Source: Synechococcus sp.
Lineage (GTDB): Bacteria; Cyanobacteriota; Cyanobacteriia; PCC-6307; Cyanobiaceae
Assembly: GCA_047285535.1 (NCBI GenBank)
Contig: JBJBDC010000001.1
Location: forward strand, 480,136 to 544,135
Direction: 5' to 3'
Length of the DNA stretch: 64,000 nucleotides
Shown: one piece after another, positions 50,911-62,621 of the stretch
Position numbering within the stretch: the first letter of the stretch is position 1
Layout: each line of letters opens with the position of its first letter
Program-made: the position numbers and the translations under genes
Notes under the pieces: model-generated
Told to the model about the DNA's origin: nothing
Databases searched by the model: none
Seen by the model: only the letters and a program-made list of their open reading frames with translations

Positions 50911-53070
50911 GTGCCCTCAACATTCCTTCTTGAAATCGGCACTGAGGAACTGCCTGCAGAGTTTGTTGGCTCGGCCCTGGATCAGCTGAAGAAAACTGTG
51001 GTGTCTGATTTGGCTGAGCTTCGCTTGGTCCATGGCGAGGTTACGGTCACGGGTACTCCCAGACGGTTGGTCGTAAGGGTCGAGTCTTTGATCGATCGTC
51101 AGTCTGATCTGGAGGAAGAACGCAAAGGACCCCCCGTTAAGCAAGCGATGGTGGATGGTCAACCCGGTCCAGCTGCGATTGGTTTTGCCAAGCGGTGTGG
51201 AGTGGATCCTCTAGAGCTCAAATCTCGTGATACCCCAAAAGGGCGATGTCTTTTTGCTCTGGTGAGGACGCTTGGAGAAGACACCACTACATTGCTGACG
51301 AATCGGATTCCGGCCTGGATTGATGACCTTCAAGGCAAAAGGTTTATGCGCTGGGGCGATGGAGATCAGAGGTTTAGCCGCCCTATTCGATGGTTGGTGT
51401 CCCTTTATGGGTCAGAGGTTGTCTCCGTCACGCTTTCTGCCGCGCAACCACCGGTTAACGGCGGTCGATTAAGTCGAGCACACCGTCTTCTTCAATCCAC
51501 ATTGGAGATTGATCACGCAGACAGCTATTTCAAGTCTGTGGAGAGGGCTGGGGTCATGGTGGATCGACTTCAGAGGGAGCGGCTAATTCGCTCGTCTTTG
51601 AACGATCAGGCAGCTGCAAGCTCGGCCACAGTGGATTGTCCGGAAGCACTATTCCAAGAGCTAGTGGATCTTGTTGAAGCTCCAAGAGTGTTAAGCGGCG
51701 AAATTTCTGACTGTTATCTCGATCTGCCGCCAGAAGTGATTGTCACTGTGATGCAGGCCCACCAGCGCTATGTCCCGTTAAGGCGAAGTCATACACGCGC
51801 CGATCCGTTGGCCCTGCAGGCCCGAGATGTGTTGTTGTCCAAGTTTTTGCTCGTGAGCAATGGCTTGGCAAGTGCCGATGTAAAGGTTGTGCGTGGTAAT
51901 GAACGGGTGCTAAGTGCCCGTTTGGCTGACGCAGAATTTTTCCTGACCGTTGACCGTAAATGCCCTAGCGATCAACGTCGTGAAGCCCTCAATCGAGTCA
52001 CCTTCGCTAAAGATCTCGGAAGCCTGCGAGATCGATCTGATCGCATTTCTTGGCTGATTGACTACCTGATTCAATCCCTTCCCATTCCTTCAGATACGGC
52101 TGCTCATGCCCAACGAGCAGCTTATTTCTGCAAGCATGATTTAGTCAGTCAAATGGTTGGCGAGTTTCCTGAGTTGCAGGGTGTGATGGGCGCAAAATAT
52201 TTGTTGGAGGAGGGTGAAGACAGACAAGTTGCTCTCGCAGTGGCTGAGCACTATCAGCCTCGTGGTTCTGGTGATTCTCTGCCATCCAGCGCAGCAGGTG
52301 CTCTACTTGCTTTGGCCGACCGGCTGGAATTGCTTTTAAGCATCTATGCGAAGGGTGACCGGCCTAGCGGTTCATCCGATCCCTATGCCCTGCGTCGTGC
52401 TGGGAACGGCATCGTTCAGATCCTCTGGGATCGTGGCTGGCGCCTTCCTCTGCAGACCCTGCTCTGTGATGCAGCGCGTCATTGGTCGGAACTTTTTCTT
52501 GTCTTTGACGTGGATGTTGACCAGTTGGTCGCAGATCTCTCGCTGTTGTTGCGCCAGCGAATGGTTTCTCAGTTTGAAGAAGATGGTTTTCCCGCTGATT
52601 TGGTTCAATCTGTTGCTGGGGAATCCATAGGCGATGTTCGGATTCTCGGAGATCCAGTCGATGGACGTGAACGTCTTGAGTTGCTTAATCAACTTCGTCG
52701 TGACCGTCGCTTGGAGGGAGTAAAGGCTGTGGTGCAACGTGCTGCAAAACTGGCAGAGAAGGGTGATCTAAAAATGGATCAACTCACTCCTGTAGGAGTC
52801 GTTCAGAGTGAATTGTTCCAATCCGTGAGTGAAGTATCTCTTTTAAAAGAACTCGAATTGCTTGCTCCTCTTTCACAATCTTGCAATTACGTTGAGTTAG
52901 CCGATGGTCTTCAGAGTGCCGCTAAGGCACTGGAGGTCTTTTTTGATGGACCACAAAGCGTCATGGTCATGGCAGACGATCTCGATGTCCGCCGTAATCG
53001 TCTCAACTTGTTGGGGGTCTTAAGAAATCAGGCATCAGTTCTTGCTTGTTTTGACTGCATCCAATCCTGA
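50911..53070 (+). CDS. glyS: Glycine-tRNA ligase beta subunit
   Basis: FLLEIGTEELP, TPRRL, MRWG, ARLADAEFF, EFPELQG, GSSDPYALRR. Confidence 0.96.
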   Translation: MPSTFLLEIGTEELPAEFVGSALDQLKKTVVSDLAELRLVHGEVTVTGTPRRLVVRVESLIDRQSDLEEERKGPPVKQAMVDGQPGPAAIGFAKRCGVDPLELKSRDTPKGRCLFALVRTLGEDTTTLLTNRIPAWIDDLQGKRFMRWGDGDQRFSRPIRWLVSLYGSEVVSVTLSAAQPPVNGGRLSRAHRLLQSTLEIDHADSYFKSVERAGVMVDRLQRERLIRSSLNDQAAASSATVDCPEALFQELVDLVEAPRVLSGEISDCYLDLPPEVIVTVMQAHQRYVPLRRSHTRADPLALQARDVLLSKFLLVSNGLASADVKVVRGNERVLSARLADAEFFLTVDRKCPSDQRREALNRVTFAKDLGSLRDRSDRISWLIDYLIQSLPIPSDTAAHAQRAAYFCKHDLVSQMVGEFPELQGVMGAKYLLEEGEDRQVALAVAEHYQPRGSGDSLPSSAAGALLALADRLELLLSIYAKGDRPSGSSDPYALRRAGNGIVQILWDRGWRLPLQTLLCDAARHWSELFLVFDVDVDQLVADLSLLLRQRMVSQFEEDGFPADLVQSVAGESIGDVRILGDPVDGRERLELLNQLRRDRRLEGVKAVVQRAAKLAEKGDLKMDQLTPVGVVQSELFQSVSEVSLLKELELLAPLSQSCNYVELADGLQSAAKALEVFFDGPQSVMVMADDLDVRRNRLNLLGVLRNQASVLACFDCIQS

Positions 53071-53088
53071 TCGCTAGGCGATCAGGAT
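53064..53088. terminator. Perfect hairpin between convergent glyS and chlP
   Basis: ATCCTGATCGC-TAG-GCGATCAGGAT; no clear U tract. Confidence 0.45.
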
Positions 53089-54476
53089 CAACTCGACGTG
53101 ACCTTGGAGCGCTCTTCTTCAATGCCTGCTTCCTTTGTCTTAGCAGCATGTCCCGAGGTCTGAGCTTTAATGGCTTGTGCCGCTTCATCAGCAAGGAAAT
53201 CACCATCGGAGCGACCTACGGCTGAAGGAACGGAGTCATAGGTGGAGGGCGCTAAAGCTTGGCCACGAAGAAGACTGCTAAGGGTTCGCAGCGTGAGTTT
53301 CACCTGCTGCCAAGGATTCATCATCACCACCCTCTTGTACAGATAACTGTCAAAAGTGAGTTTTTGGACATCCCTGTCGTCACACATTTCGACGAAGGCT
53401 TCTCTGGCAGCATCGCTGCGATAGAAAATTCTCTGAAGAATATCGAGTACGACATACGTCGCTCCGTATTTCCGATCCCAACGCTTGAGGTAGGTGTTTT
53501 TAATTTGCTTTTCCGTTGGTAATTCCTTCCCATTCTTTGAGATTTCAACGATTGCTTCGCCACACATTCGACCACTTTTCGCAGCGAAGTAGATGCCTTC
53601 ACCAGAACTTTTGGTGACATAGCCAGCGGCATCTCCAACCAAAGCCATGCGGCCCACAACTCTTCGAGGACGAGGATGTTCTGGGATTGGGTGTGCCTCA
53701 ACTTTGATGACTTCACCCTTGAATAAACGTTTACGGGCGCGTTCGCGAATGCCTTTCTGAAGTCCTTTGATGAGGGATTGATTTTGTTGCATTGTGCCGG
53801 TCCCTACGGCCACATGGTCGTACTTTGGGAACACCCAGGCATAGAAATCAGGAGAAACGTCAGTACCTACGTACATCTCAGCGAGATCTTCGTAGTAAGC
53901 CATTTCCTCTGCTGGCAATTTGATGCGTTCTTGGAAGGCGATTGCCACGTTGTAGCTTCCAGCGTCCATGGCTTTTGCTACACGGGAGTTGGCTCCATCG
54001 GCCCCAATGATCAGATCTACTTCGAGGGTTTTGATTTCGCCGGTGGCGCCGCCTGCGCTGTAGTCCGCGTAATGAATGGTGTAAGGACCTTGATGGTTGT
54101 CTCCAGTGTCGATTTTTTGCACCAATCCATTAATGAGAGTGGCTCCTAAATCGGCTGCTCGGTCTCGCAGAAATGAATCGAATACTTCACGGCGACACAT
54201 ACCGATATAGGCATTGGCGTCGTACCCCAGGGGATCTAACTTGATATCCACCTCCCGATTGGATGGTGAGATCATCTTCATATTCCGTACTTTGCGGTCG
54301 ATGATCGAGTCAGGAAGATTGAATTCTTCGACCATGCACAGGGGAATTGCCCCACCACAAGGCTTGGCATTGTCGAGCTTTCGCTCGAACAACCATGTCT
54401 TGATGCCGGCCTGTGCAAGGACTTCTGCAGCGCAGGATCCGCTTGGTCCCCCTCCGACCACGGCCACTCTCAGCAT
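53088..54476 (-). CDS. chlP: Geranylgeranyl reductase
   Basis: VAVVGGGPSG, AKPCGGAIP, VSPDFYAWVFPKYDH, LVGDAAG. Confidence 0.97.
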   Translation of the reverse strand: MLRVAVVGGGPSGSCAAEVLAQAGIKTWLFERKLDNAKPCGGAIPLCMVEEFNLPDSIIDRKVRNMKMISPSNREVDIKLDPLGYDANAYIGMCRREVFDSFLRDRAADLGATLINGLVQKIDTGDNHQGPYTIHYADYSAGGATGEIKTLEVDLIIGADGANSRVAKAMDAGSYNVAIAFQERIKLPAEEMAYYEDLAEMYVGTDVSPDFYAWVFPKYDHVAVGTGTMQQNQSLIKGLQKGIRERARKRLFKGEVIKVEAHPIPEHPRPRRVVGRMALVGDAAGYVTKSSGEGIYFAAKSGRMCGEAIVEISKNGKELPTEKQIKNTYLKRWDRKYGATYVVLDILQRIFYRSDAAREAFVEMCDDRDVQKLTFDSYLYKRVVMMNPWQQVKLTLRTLSSLLRGQALAPSTYDSVPSAVGRSDGDFLADEAAQAIKAQTSGHAAKTKEAGIEEERSKVTSS

Positions 54477-54561
54477 CTCCGCAAACTCCGCCGGATCATT
54501 GATTTCAAACTAATCACTCAACCCCAGAAGTGGCACTGGGGTCTAGCGGACCCCCTTACGA

Positions 54562-55332
54562 TTGAAACAACACTGCATGAATTTTCTGGGAAGGGTCGTC
54601 GCCACGCGTCGTAGCACCCGGGATGACATTCCTGTCGCCCGTCGGTCTAAACCTGTTCCTCGAAAGCGGGGTAACGGGTTGGGGATCGTTTTCGCTTGCC
54701 TGCTGGTGGGAGTGGGAAGTTTGGCTGCTGTTTGGTTGGGGCCAGAATTAATGGCCCTGCGCTCCACTGAACCTCTTGAAGCTGTTGAAGGAATCAAGAC
54801 TCGTCCGGATCGAGACGGTCGACTACTCGGACACTTTCCCTATGACGAAGCAATTTCTACGCAACTTGTTCCAGTAGAAGCTGGCATCGAGTTGCATCAG
54901 GACGCGGCACTTGCCCTGGATTCGATGCGAAGAGCTGCTGCTGCTGATGGAATTGATCTGAGGCTATTGAGTGGTTACCGCTCTCATGACTTGCAGAAGA
55001 CAATTTTCTTTGATGTGAAATCAGAAAGGAATCAGACAGCTGCAGAGCGAGCCAAGGTGTCAGCACCACCGGGTTATTCCGAGCACAGCACTGGCTATGC
55101 GATTGATCTCGGCGATGGTAGTCGCCCTGATACCAATCTTTCAGTTTCCTTCGAGACGACCCCAGCATTTCGCTGGCTTCAGGATCACGCCGCTAGTTAT
55201 CACTTCACACTTTCATTCCCTGAAGTGAATTCACAGGGTGTGAGTTACGAACCATGGCATTGGCGTTTTGAAGGTTCAGCAGAGGCTCTTCGCCAGTTCG
55301 AACCTGCTCGTCAGCTAGCTCTAGGACGTTGA
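54562..55332 (+). CDS. D-Ala-D-Ala carboxypeptidase (M15B, VanY-like)
   Basis: SGYRS, SAPPGYSEHSTGYAID, YEPWHWRF; N-terminal TM anchor. Confidence 0.9.
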   Translation: MKQHCMNFLGRVVATRRSTRDDIPVARRSKPVPRKRGNGLGIVFACLLVGVGSLAAVWLGPELMALRSTEPLEAVEGIKTRPDRDGRLLGHFPYDEAISTQLVPVEAGIELHQDAALALDSMRRAAAADGIDLRLLSGYRSHDLQKTIFFDVKSERNQTAAERAKVSAPPGYSEHSTGYAIDLGDGSRPDTNLSVSFETTPAFRWLQDHAASYHFTLSFPEVNSQGVSYEPWHWRFEGSAEALRQFEPARQLALGR

Positions 55333-55673
55333 GTTAACAAAGCTTGCCTGAGTTGTTGCACTGAGAAGAGGAGTTGACCGTGTTGATGGCCACTTGATGC
55401 AATGGTTTTGATTCAGCCGTCTGAATGAACATGACAAGAATTCTCGTCCCAGAACGTTCAGCGGCTCAGCGAAGCACCTTTGAGACAAATACTTGAAGAT
55501 GATGGTTGGCAATGGGAGTCATTGGAACACCGATTGGGTGTAATGCGTGGCAGATTGGATATTGGTTGTCATCCATACGCGATCAGTCATGTTGATCAAT
55601 CTCACTTTGAGATAGCATGTCGCAGCTGCGCCTGCGGGCCTTCAAAGTCTCCCCTTAGAACGATACGGACCTC

Positions 55674-57476
55674 ATGAGCGCCCCGAACAAGGCGATCCGC
55701 AACATAGCGATCATCGCCCACGTGGATCACGGTAAGACCACTCTTGTGGATGCTTTGCTCAGTCAGTCAGGAATCTTTCGGGATAATGAGGCTGTTCCAA
55801 CATGCGTTATGGACTCCAATGATTTGGAGAGAGAGAGGGGAATTACTATCCTTTCAAAAAATACAGCTGTCACCTACAACGATACGCGAATCAATATTGT
55901 TGATACTCCTGGACATGCTGATTTTGGGGGGGAGGTTGAACGAGTGCTTGGCATGGTGGATGGTTGCTTGTTAATCGTCGACGCTAATGAGGGCCCTATG
56001 CCTCAGACCCGTTTCGTCCTCAAAAAAGCTCTGGAGCAGGGTTTAAGGCCAATCGTATTTGTGAACAAAATAGATCGTGCTCGTGTAGATCCAGAGACAG
56101 CAGTTGATAAGGTTCTTGATTTATTTCTAGATCTCGGCGCTGATGATGATCAGTGCGATTTTCCCTATCTATTTGGTAGTGGTTTAGGTGGCTTTGCTAA
56201 GCCAGATATGAAAACGGAGAGTGACAATATGCGCCCTCTGTTTGACGCTATTTTGCGTCATGTACCTCCACCGGTTGGAGATGCTGAGAAGCCTTTACAG
56301 CTTCAGATTACTACTCTTGATTATTCAGACTTTCTGGGTCGTATTATTATTGGTAGGGTCCACAATGGCATCATCAGACAAGGTCAGAATGCTGCTCTGA
56401 TTAAAGACGATGGCAACGTCAAGAAGGGTCGAATTAGCAAATTACTTGGCTTTGAAGGATTGCAGAGGGTTGATATTTCAGAGGCTTCTGCTGGTGATTT
56501 AGTTGCTGTGGCGGGATTTGATGACGTCAACATTGGTGAAACAATTGCTTGTCCCGATGAACCAAAAGCATTACCTCTGATCAAGGTGGATGAACCTACT
56601 TTGCAAATGACATTCGTTGTGAATGATTCTCCCTTTGCTGGTAAAGAGGGGAAATTTGTGACGAGTCGTCAGCTTAGAGACCGTTTGCAGCGTGAACTTC
56701 TAACCAATGTCGCATTACGTGTTGAAGATACTGACTCGCCTGATCGGTTTTCGGTTAGTGGTCGAGGGGAACTTCATTTAGGCATTTTGATTGAAACGAT
56801 GCGCCGAGAGGGCTATGAATTTCAAGTCTCTCAGCCGCAGGTGATTTTCCGCACCATCGACGGTACCCCTTGTGAACCAGTGGAAACCCTCGTAATGGAT
56901 GTACCTGAGGCAGCAGTTGGCAGTTGTATTGAAAAGCTTGGGACCCGCAAAGGCGAGATGCAGAACATGGAAACTGGGGCTGATAATCGCACCCAGCTGG
57001 AATTTGTTGTGCCTTCCCGTGGACTCATAGGCTTTCGTGGAGAATTTATTCGCTCCACACGAGGCGAGGGAATTATGAGTCATTCCTTTTTTGAATATCG
57101 CCCAATGGTCGGTGACTTTGATACCCGTAGGAATGGCGTTTTAATTGCCTTTGAGGAAGGCACTGCCACTTTCTACGCCCTAAAGGGTGCAGAAGACAGA
57201 GGTCAGTTCTTTATTACTCCCGGTACAAAAGTTTACAAGGGCATGATCATTGGTGAGAATACTCGGCAACAGGATATGGAAATTAATATCTGTAAAGCAA
57301 AGCAAGTGACCAATATTCGCTCTGCTGGTGCAGATGTTTTAGATTCACTTCAATCTCCTATTCAGATGACTCTGGAACGCGCCTTGGAGTACATAGGACC
57401 TGATGAAATGCTAGAGGTTACGCCTGAATCTATTCGGTTGCGTAAGTTGCCAGCAAAAAAAATGGCTAAGCGTTGA
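55674..57476 (+). CDS. typA: Translational GTPase TypA/BipA
   Basis: [43 protein letters not shown]. Confidence 0.98.
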   Translation: MSAPNKAIRNIAIIAHVDHGKTTLVDALLSQSGIFRDNEAVPTCVMDSNDLERERGITILSKNTAVTYNDTRINIVDTPGHADFGGEVERVLGMVDGCLLIVDANEGPMPQTRFVLKKALEQGLRPIVFVNKIDRARVDPETAVDKVLDLFLDLGADDDQCDFPYLFGSGLGGFAKPDMKTESDNMRPLFDAILRHVPPPVGDAEKPLQLQITTLDYSDFLGRIIIGRVHNGIIRQGQNAALIKDDGNVKKGRISKLLGFEGLQRVDISEASAGDLVAVAGFDDVNIGETIACPDEPKALPLIKVDEPTLQMTFVVNDSPFAGKEGKFVTSRQLRDRLQRELLTNVALRVEDTDSPDRFSVSGRGELHLGILIETMRREGYEFQVSQPQVIFRTIDGTPCEPVETLVMDVPEAAVGSCIEKLGTRKGEMQNMETGADNRTQLEFVVPSRGLIGFRGEFIRSTRGEGIMSHSFFEYRPMVGDFDTRRNGVLIAFEEGTATFYALKGAEDRGQFFITPGTKVYKGMIIGENTRQQDMEINICKAKQVTNIRSAGADVLDSLQSPIQMTLERALEYIGPDEMLEVTPESIRLRKLPAKKMAKR

Positions 57477-57832
57477 GCGTTCAGATTGATCCCCGTTTTC
57501 CTCCGGCCATCGATCTTTTTAATCGTGGTGCCTGGTACGAAGCTCATGATGCATTTGAAGAGCTTTGGCATGAAACGACCAGTCCAGAGCGGCGATTGCT
57601 GCAGGGAATCATCCAAATTGCAGTGGCTCATGTTCATCTTGAACGGGGCAACCGCCGAGGAGCCATCATGCTCCTTGGTGAGGCAGTTGGTCGACTCTCT
57701 GCAGCATCATCAGGAGATCTTGGTTTAAATCTCCCATTGCTTTGCAATCAAGCACGCTTAAGGCTTGAAGCCCTTCAACAGGATATGGATCCTGATCAAC
57801 TTCCCGTTCCGAAATTGCGTGACCACACTTGA
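57473..57832 (+). CDS. DUF309 family protein
   Basis: FNRGAWYEAHDAFEELW, QGIIQIAVAHVH. Confidence 0.88.
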   Translation: MSVQIDPRFPPAIDLFNRGAWYEAHDAFEELWHETTSPERRLLQGIIQIAVAHVHLERGNRRGAIMLLGEAVGRLSAASSGDLGLNLPLLCNQARLRLEALQQDMDPDQLPVPKLRDHT

Positions 57833-57871
57833 ATCTCTGGGTACATTGGCTCTACTGACGAGAGCGATCCA

Positions 57872-58324
57872 TTGTTTTTACGCTCCATCGCGCTCACAAT
57901 GAAAAGTTCTCTATCGAAGATTCTTTCCTTAACAACGCTACTGCTCGTCTCTTCAAATGCTCTTCCTGCCAAAGCTCAGATCGAGACAGACGACGATCGA
58001 TTGATCACGATTGAATCAGATACGCAAAGCGCTGACAACATTACTGGTGTGGTCACTGCCTTAGGGAACGTTCGTATTGTTTATCCTGCCAAGGGAATGG
58101 TGGCGACTTCTCGTCAGGCTCAGTATTTCAGCAAGGAAGCATTGCTCGTTCTCAGTGGCGATGTTGATGTGGTCCAAGAAGATGGCAACAGCATTCGTGC
58201 TGAAAGAGTTACTTACAACCTTGATGACGAACGTGCCTTAGCGGACCCCTCCCCAGGCCAGCAAGTTCACTCCACGCTTCTTTTGCAGCGGAGTCCGTCA
58301 TCGCAAACTCCTTTATCGCCATGA
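57872..58324 (+). CDS. lptA: LptA/OstA family protein
   Basis: Signal peptide, ITIESDTQ, ALGNVRI, LSGDVDVVQ; upstream of lptB. Confidence 0.8.
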   Translation: MFLRSIALTMKSSLSKILSLTTLLLVSSNALPAKAQIETDDDRLITIESDTQSADNITGVVTALGNVRIVYPAKGMVATSRQAQYFSKEALLVLSGDVDVVQEDGNSIRAERVTYNLDDERALADPSPGQQVHSTLLLQRSPSSQTPLSP

Positions 58325-59049
58325 GTTTGAGTCTTGAACAGGTGTCTCTTACCCTTGGAGGACGAATGTTGGTTCGTTCTCTTTCACTCAACTTGAAGCC
58401 TGGTGAAGTGATTGGCTTACTTGGCCCCAATGGTGCAGGCAAGACAACTAGTTTTAACTTAGTCATTGGGTTGCTACGTCCTGATTCTGGTCAGGTTCTT
58501 CTTGATGGTCACCCTGTAGCTGACCTTTCGATGCCGCAGAGAGCACGTCTCGGAATTGGTTACCTACCGCAGGAGCCAAGTGTGTTTCGACAGTTGACAG
58601 TTCGGCAAAATCTTGAATTGGTGCTGGCTCAAAGTGGATTATCTAAAGTTGATAGTCGCGATCGCTTGCATCAATTAATAGATGATTTCCACTTAGAGCC
58701 TTTTATTCATCGCTTTGGTTATCAGCTATCAGGTGGTGAACGACGACGATGCGAGGTAGCTCGCGCCCTCGCAGTTGGTCTTGAAGGTCCACGTTATTTG
58801 CTGCTCGATGAACCTTTTGCAGGTGTTGATCCACTGGCCGTGGCTGACCTTCAACAACTGATCCATGGTTTACGTCAACGAGGTATGGGCATCCTCATCA
58901 CTGACCATAATGTTCGGGAAACACTTGCCATTACAGATCGAGCCTACATTTTGACGGATGGAAGCATTCTTTCTGCAGGCCGTTCGGACCAAGTGGCTCA
59001 CGATCCACTGGTCCGACGTCACTACCTCGGTGAGGATTTTCAGCTGTGA
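58321..59049 (+). CDS. lptB: LPS export ABC transporter ATP-binding protein
   Basis: GLLGPNGAGKTT, GYLPQEPSVFR, LSGGERRR, LDEPFAGVDP, ITDHNVRETL. Confidence 0.95.
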   Translation: MSLSLEQVSLTLGGRMLVRSLSLNLKPGEVIGLLGPNGAGKTTSFNLVIGLLRPDSGQVLLDGHPVADLSMPQRARLGIGYLPQEPSVFRQLTVRQNLELVLAQSGLSKVDSRDRLHQLIDDFHLEPFIHRFGYQLSGGERRRCEVARALAVGLEGPRYLLLDEPFAGVDPLAVADLQQLIHGLRQRGMGILITDHNVRETLAITDRAYILTDGSILSAGRSDQVAHDPLVRRHYLGEDFQL

Positions 59050-60224
59050 ATAGTGACATCTTTATTTCCTCTCAACGTCAAATACGTTTAATTCTGCAAC
59101 GGATTCCATTGATTGACCGTTGGCTGTTTGGGGAACTCATCGGTCCACTGTTGTTTGCCCTGACAGCATTCACCGTTGTGTCCTTATCGGTCGGCGTGAT
59201 GTTTGATTTGGTACGCAAAATAGTTGAATCCAATCTGCCATGGACTATTGCAATTCAAGTGCTGCTGCTGAGATTGCCAAGTTTTCTAGTGATTTCATTT
59301 CCGATGGCCACCTTGATGGCATCGCTTCTTGCCTACAGTCGCCTCTCAGCTAACAGTGAACTCACTGCATTACGCAGCGTAGGTGTCACCGCCAGTCGCA
59401 TGATTGCACCCGCAATTGCAGTAGCTCTTGTGATGACAGGTCTTTCTTTTTTGTTTAACGATGTTATTGTGCCAAGAACAAATCGTTCCGCTGAATATAC
59501 TTTGCAGCGAGCTCTTGGGAAGGCCATAGCTACTGAAAAAGGAGATAATATTGTCTATTCAAGATTTGGTCGTGTATCGGGACCTGATGGTGATGCGGGT
59601 AAGGGATTAACGCAATTATTTTATGCGCGCGAGTTTAAGGATGGGACGATGATTGGAGTCACTGTTCTAGATTTTTCAAGACTTGGTTTTACTCAAATGC
59701 TTGTTGCCGATAAAGCTAATTGGAATGAATCCCAAGCAAAATGGGAATTTATGGAAGGGAAAATCCTTACACTGACTCCATCAGGTAGTACTACTTCAGC
59801 TGATTTTGATCGTTACTTGTACCCACTGAGTCCAGCGCCTTTGCGAATAGCCAAATTGCCTAAAGATGCCAATAATATGACCGTAGCTGAAGCTATTGAG
59901 GCGGAGAGCCTTCTCTCTGATGCTGGTGATCGAAAAGAGTCTCGTAGGCTAAGGGTTCGTATACAAGAGAAATTCACGGTTCCGATGGCCTGCCTAGTGT
60001 TTGGTTTAATCGGATCGAGCCTTGGAGCTAAACCCAATAGTCGTACAAGTCGAAGTCAGGGATTTGGAATCAGCGTGGTTCTTATTTTTGTTTACTACGT
60101 ATTGAGTTTCAGTTTCAGTTCGTTGGGGGTTAAGGGAACTTTGCCTCCTTTGATTGCTGCTTGGTCCCCTGTTTTAATCTCATTAGCAGGAGGTGGATTT
60201 TTGCTACGTCAGGCCAGCCGGTAG
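59046..60224 (+). CDS. LptF/LptG family permease
   Basis: IDRWL, YSRLSANSELTALRSVG, six-TM layout. Confidence 0.9.
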   Translation: MNSDIFISSQRQIRLILQRIPLIDRWLFGELIGPLLFALTAFTVVSLSVGVMFDLVRKIVESNLPWTIAIQVLLLRLPSFLVISFPMATLMASLLAYSRLSANSELTALRSVGVTASRMIAPAIAVALVMTGLSFLFNDVIVPRTNRSAEYTLQRALGKAIATEKGDNIVYSRFGRVSGPDGDAGKGLTQLFYAREFKDGTMIGVTVLDFSRLGFTQMLVADKANWNESQAKWEFMEGKILTLTPSGSTTSADFDRYLYPLSPAPLRIAKLPKDANNMTVAEAIEAESLLSDAGDRKESRRLRVRIQEKFTVPMACLVFGLIGSSLGAKPNSRTSRSQGFGISVVLIFVYYVLSFSFSSLGVKGTLPPLIAAWSPVLISLAGGGFLLRQASR

Positions 60225-60251
60225 CGAAAGAGGGCAGAATCAATCTGTTAG

Positions 60252-61196
60252 ATGTCGTCGATCATGGAGATGGCCGGTATGGATCCTGTACTCGGACTTG
60301 GTTTACTCGCTTTTGCTTTCCTTTTGTTCGCCTTGCCCTTGGCTTTCTGGACAGTGAGCTCAGAGCAAACTTCTGGTGTGGTGACTCTTTTAGTTGCAGC
60401 AGCCAATCTTGCCTTCACGGCACAGCTTGTTTTTCGTTGGTGGCAGTCAGGCCATTTCCCGATCAGCAACCTCTACGAATCGCTTTGTTTCTTGGCTTGG
60501 GCATGCACCATGACTCAATTGTTAGTTGAGCGAGCCTGGTCTACGCCCATCGTTGCAGCTGCTGCGACTCCTATGGGCTTGGGATGCATTGCTTTTGCGA
60601 GCTTTGCGCTTCCTGATCAGTTGCAAGAGGCGTCACCTCTTGTCCCAGCACTTCGATCAACCTGGCTTGTGATGCATGTCAGCGTGATTATGGTGAGTTA
60701 CGCGGCTCTGTTGATTGGTTCTCTGTTGTCTGTTGCTGTTTTAGTAACAGACAGGGGACAATCTTTGGAGTTACGCAGCAGCTCAATTGGAAGTGGTGGT
60801 TATCGACGTGCGGCGATGGCTTCTCACCTTGGCAGTCTCACGAACTCAGAGCTGAATTTGTCTTCTGTGCAATTCACTCGGAATGAGCTGTTGGACAGTC
60901 TTAGCTATCGCACCATTACGGTTGGGTTTTTATTGCTCACAGTTGGAATTATTAGTGGCGCCGTGTGGGCCAATGAAGCTTGGGGTAGTTACTGGAGCTG
61001 GGATCCCAAAGAAACTTGGGCACTGATTTGTTGGTTGGTCTATGCAGCCTATCTGCATTCGCGGTTGAGCAGAGGATGGCAGGGGCGACGTCCTGCCCTT
61101 GTCGCGAGTGCAGGATTGATAGTGATTGGTGTCTGTTATATCGGAGTGAATCTTCTTGGTATTGGCCTCCATAGCTATGGATGGTTCTTTGGTTAG
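60252..61196 (+). CDS. ccsA: Cytochrome c biogenesis protein CcsA (system II, WWD domain)
   Basis: [42 protein letters not shown]. Confidence 0.95.
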   Translation: MSSIMEMAGMDPVLGLGLLAFAFLLFALPLAFWTVSSEQTSGVVTLLVAAANLAFTAQLVFRWWQSGHFPISNLYESLCFLAWACTMTQLLVERAWSTPIVAAAATPMGLGCIAFASFALPDQLQEASPLVPALRSTWLVMHVSVIMVSYAALLIGSLLSVAVLVTDRGQSLELRSSSIGSGGYRRAAMASHLGSLTNSELNLSSVQFTRNELLDSLSYRTITVGFLLLTVGIISGAVWANEAWGSYWSWDPKETWALICWLVYAAYLHSRLSRGWQGRRPALVASAGLIVIGVCYIGVNLLGIGLHSYGWFFG

Positions 61197-61399
61197 CAGA
61201 TTTCTTCATACTTTTTGTGTTTGCCCTTTCTTTATGCTTGTTAAACCTTTCGTTGTTTCCCATGAAGAGATTTTAAATCTTTTCATTCCATGAATAATCA
61301 ATGTTATACATACTCCAGAAAGTTCGTCGAGCTTTTAGATCGGCTGATGCTTATACTTTTTGGATAAGCCATAATGGATTTGGCAAAACCCACTCTCCG

Positions 61400-61825
61400 A
61401 TGAACGGTATTAAACTAATTGGAACAATTCTGTTTCTAATAGGTGTTGCCAGTTGCGAATCCAAGCAAACCTCAATGGCACAGGCTCAGATGGCTTGTGC
61501 TAAATGGGAAAAATTAGGAACAAAGGCTACTGGAACTATAACTATTCAACCTGAGCAAACAGAGAAGATGGAACGAGCATGGGATATTGATACAGACTAT
61601 GGTTCTGGTTTTGCTGAAAATTGGATGTATGTTGAGGAAAAAAGAAGAGAATGGATGTCTCAACCACAAACCCATACTTATACGTCCTTACATTCTAGAG
61701 AATGTGTCAATGATAAAGATAATAATCAGGTTTTAGGTAAGGAGAATAAGGAGATTGCTAGCGGTAACTATCGTTGGATGGAGAAGGAAGGAGAGTGGGA
61801 AATCGTAAAAAGATACCGCTATTAG
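61400..61825 (+). CDS. Hypothetical lipoprotein
   Basis: MNGIKLIGTILFLIGVASC with lipobox VASC; A-rich codon usage. Confidence 0.65.
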   Translation: MNGIKLIGTILFLIGVASCESKQTSMAQAQMACAKWEKLGTKATGTITIQPEQTEKMERAWDIDTDYGSGFAENWMYVEEKRREWMSQPQTHTYTSLHSRECVNDKDNNQVLGKENKEIASGNYRWMEKEGEWEIVKRYRY

Positions 61826-62321
61826 ATCTTTTATGATTTCAAACATTGTTTTTGGTTTTGAGCCTATAGTGACGGTATCTGCAACCTGATTAGCGCTCAG
61901 CAAGACTAGTTTGAGTAATCCTTATTGCTTATCTCTATTGTTGATTATAAAGTCCTTGATTTCTCGTTAACGAGAAGTTTTTGAGCCAAATTCATCCTTT
62001 ATCCTTGAGTCAGTTTCTCCAATAAATATCTCTGCTTTTTCGTGCTGAGTTGCTTAGGTAGTTGTTTCTTTGTACTGATTCATGCAGTCGAAGATTGCAT
62101 TTTTTGAGTTTTTAATTATATGTATTCTGTAGGCCTAGAACTTTTCAGAAACTGATAATATCTATAGGCCTGTGGTGGATCCTCGGTCATAATGAAGAGA
62201 TTAAAATCTCCTGAATCGCCGTCTCGAGAATTTATTGCGATCAACGGAGGGAATGTTGTTCTTGCATTGTCTGGCTATGAATTTGGAATAATTTCCGTCA
62301 TTATGGCTAGAGAAATGAAGC

Positions 62322-62621
62322 TCAACTTTCGTTGACTAATCCATCTAATCCGTAAAGTATATGTGAGACCTCCTCCACATCTATCCAGCGAATTTTATCA
62401 TCATCAACATCAACCACTTGAATGATTGACTTTCCACTTGCATCTTTTGCTGTGCTGTTGCAGGAGACTACCTGGCCCATCCACCAACTTCGATCCTTCT
62501 TGAGATCAACTTGATTCTCACCTTTGACGAGAATATAGTCGCCTGCTTTGACTCTTAGGGAGGACTGGCTAGCCACCTGACCATATGGAAAAGGTGTGCG
62601 TTCCTTGGCTTCGTAATTCAT
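62322..62621 (-). CDS. DUF3104-like small protein
   Basis: VKAGDYILV, WWMGQVV, QVVDVDD..IRWI. Confidence 0.75.
   Translation of the reverse strand: MNYEAKERTPFPYGQVASQSSLRVKAGDYILVKGENQVDLKKDRSWWMGQVVSCNSTAKDASGKSIIQVVDVDDDKIRWIDVEEVSHILYGLDGLVNES

Noticed and set aside
14979..61263. Many short ORFs antisense to or nested in long genes
   Set aside because: Shadow ORFs of well-supported coding sequences
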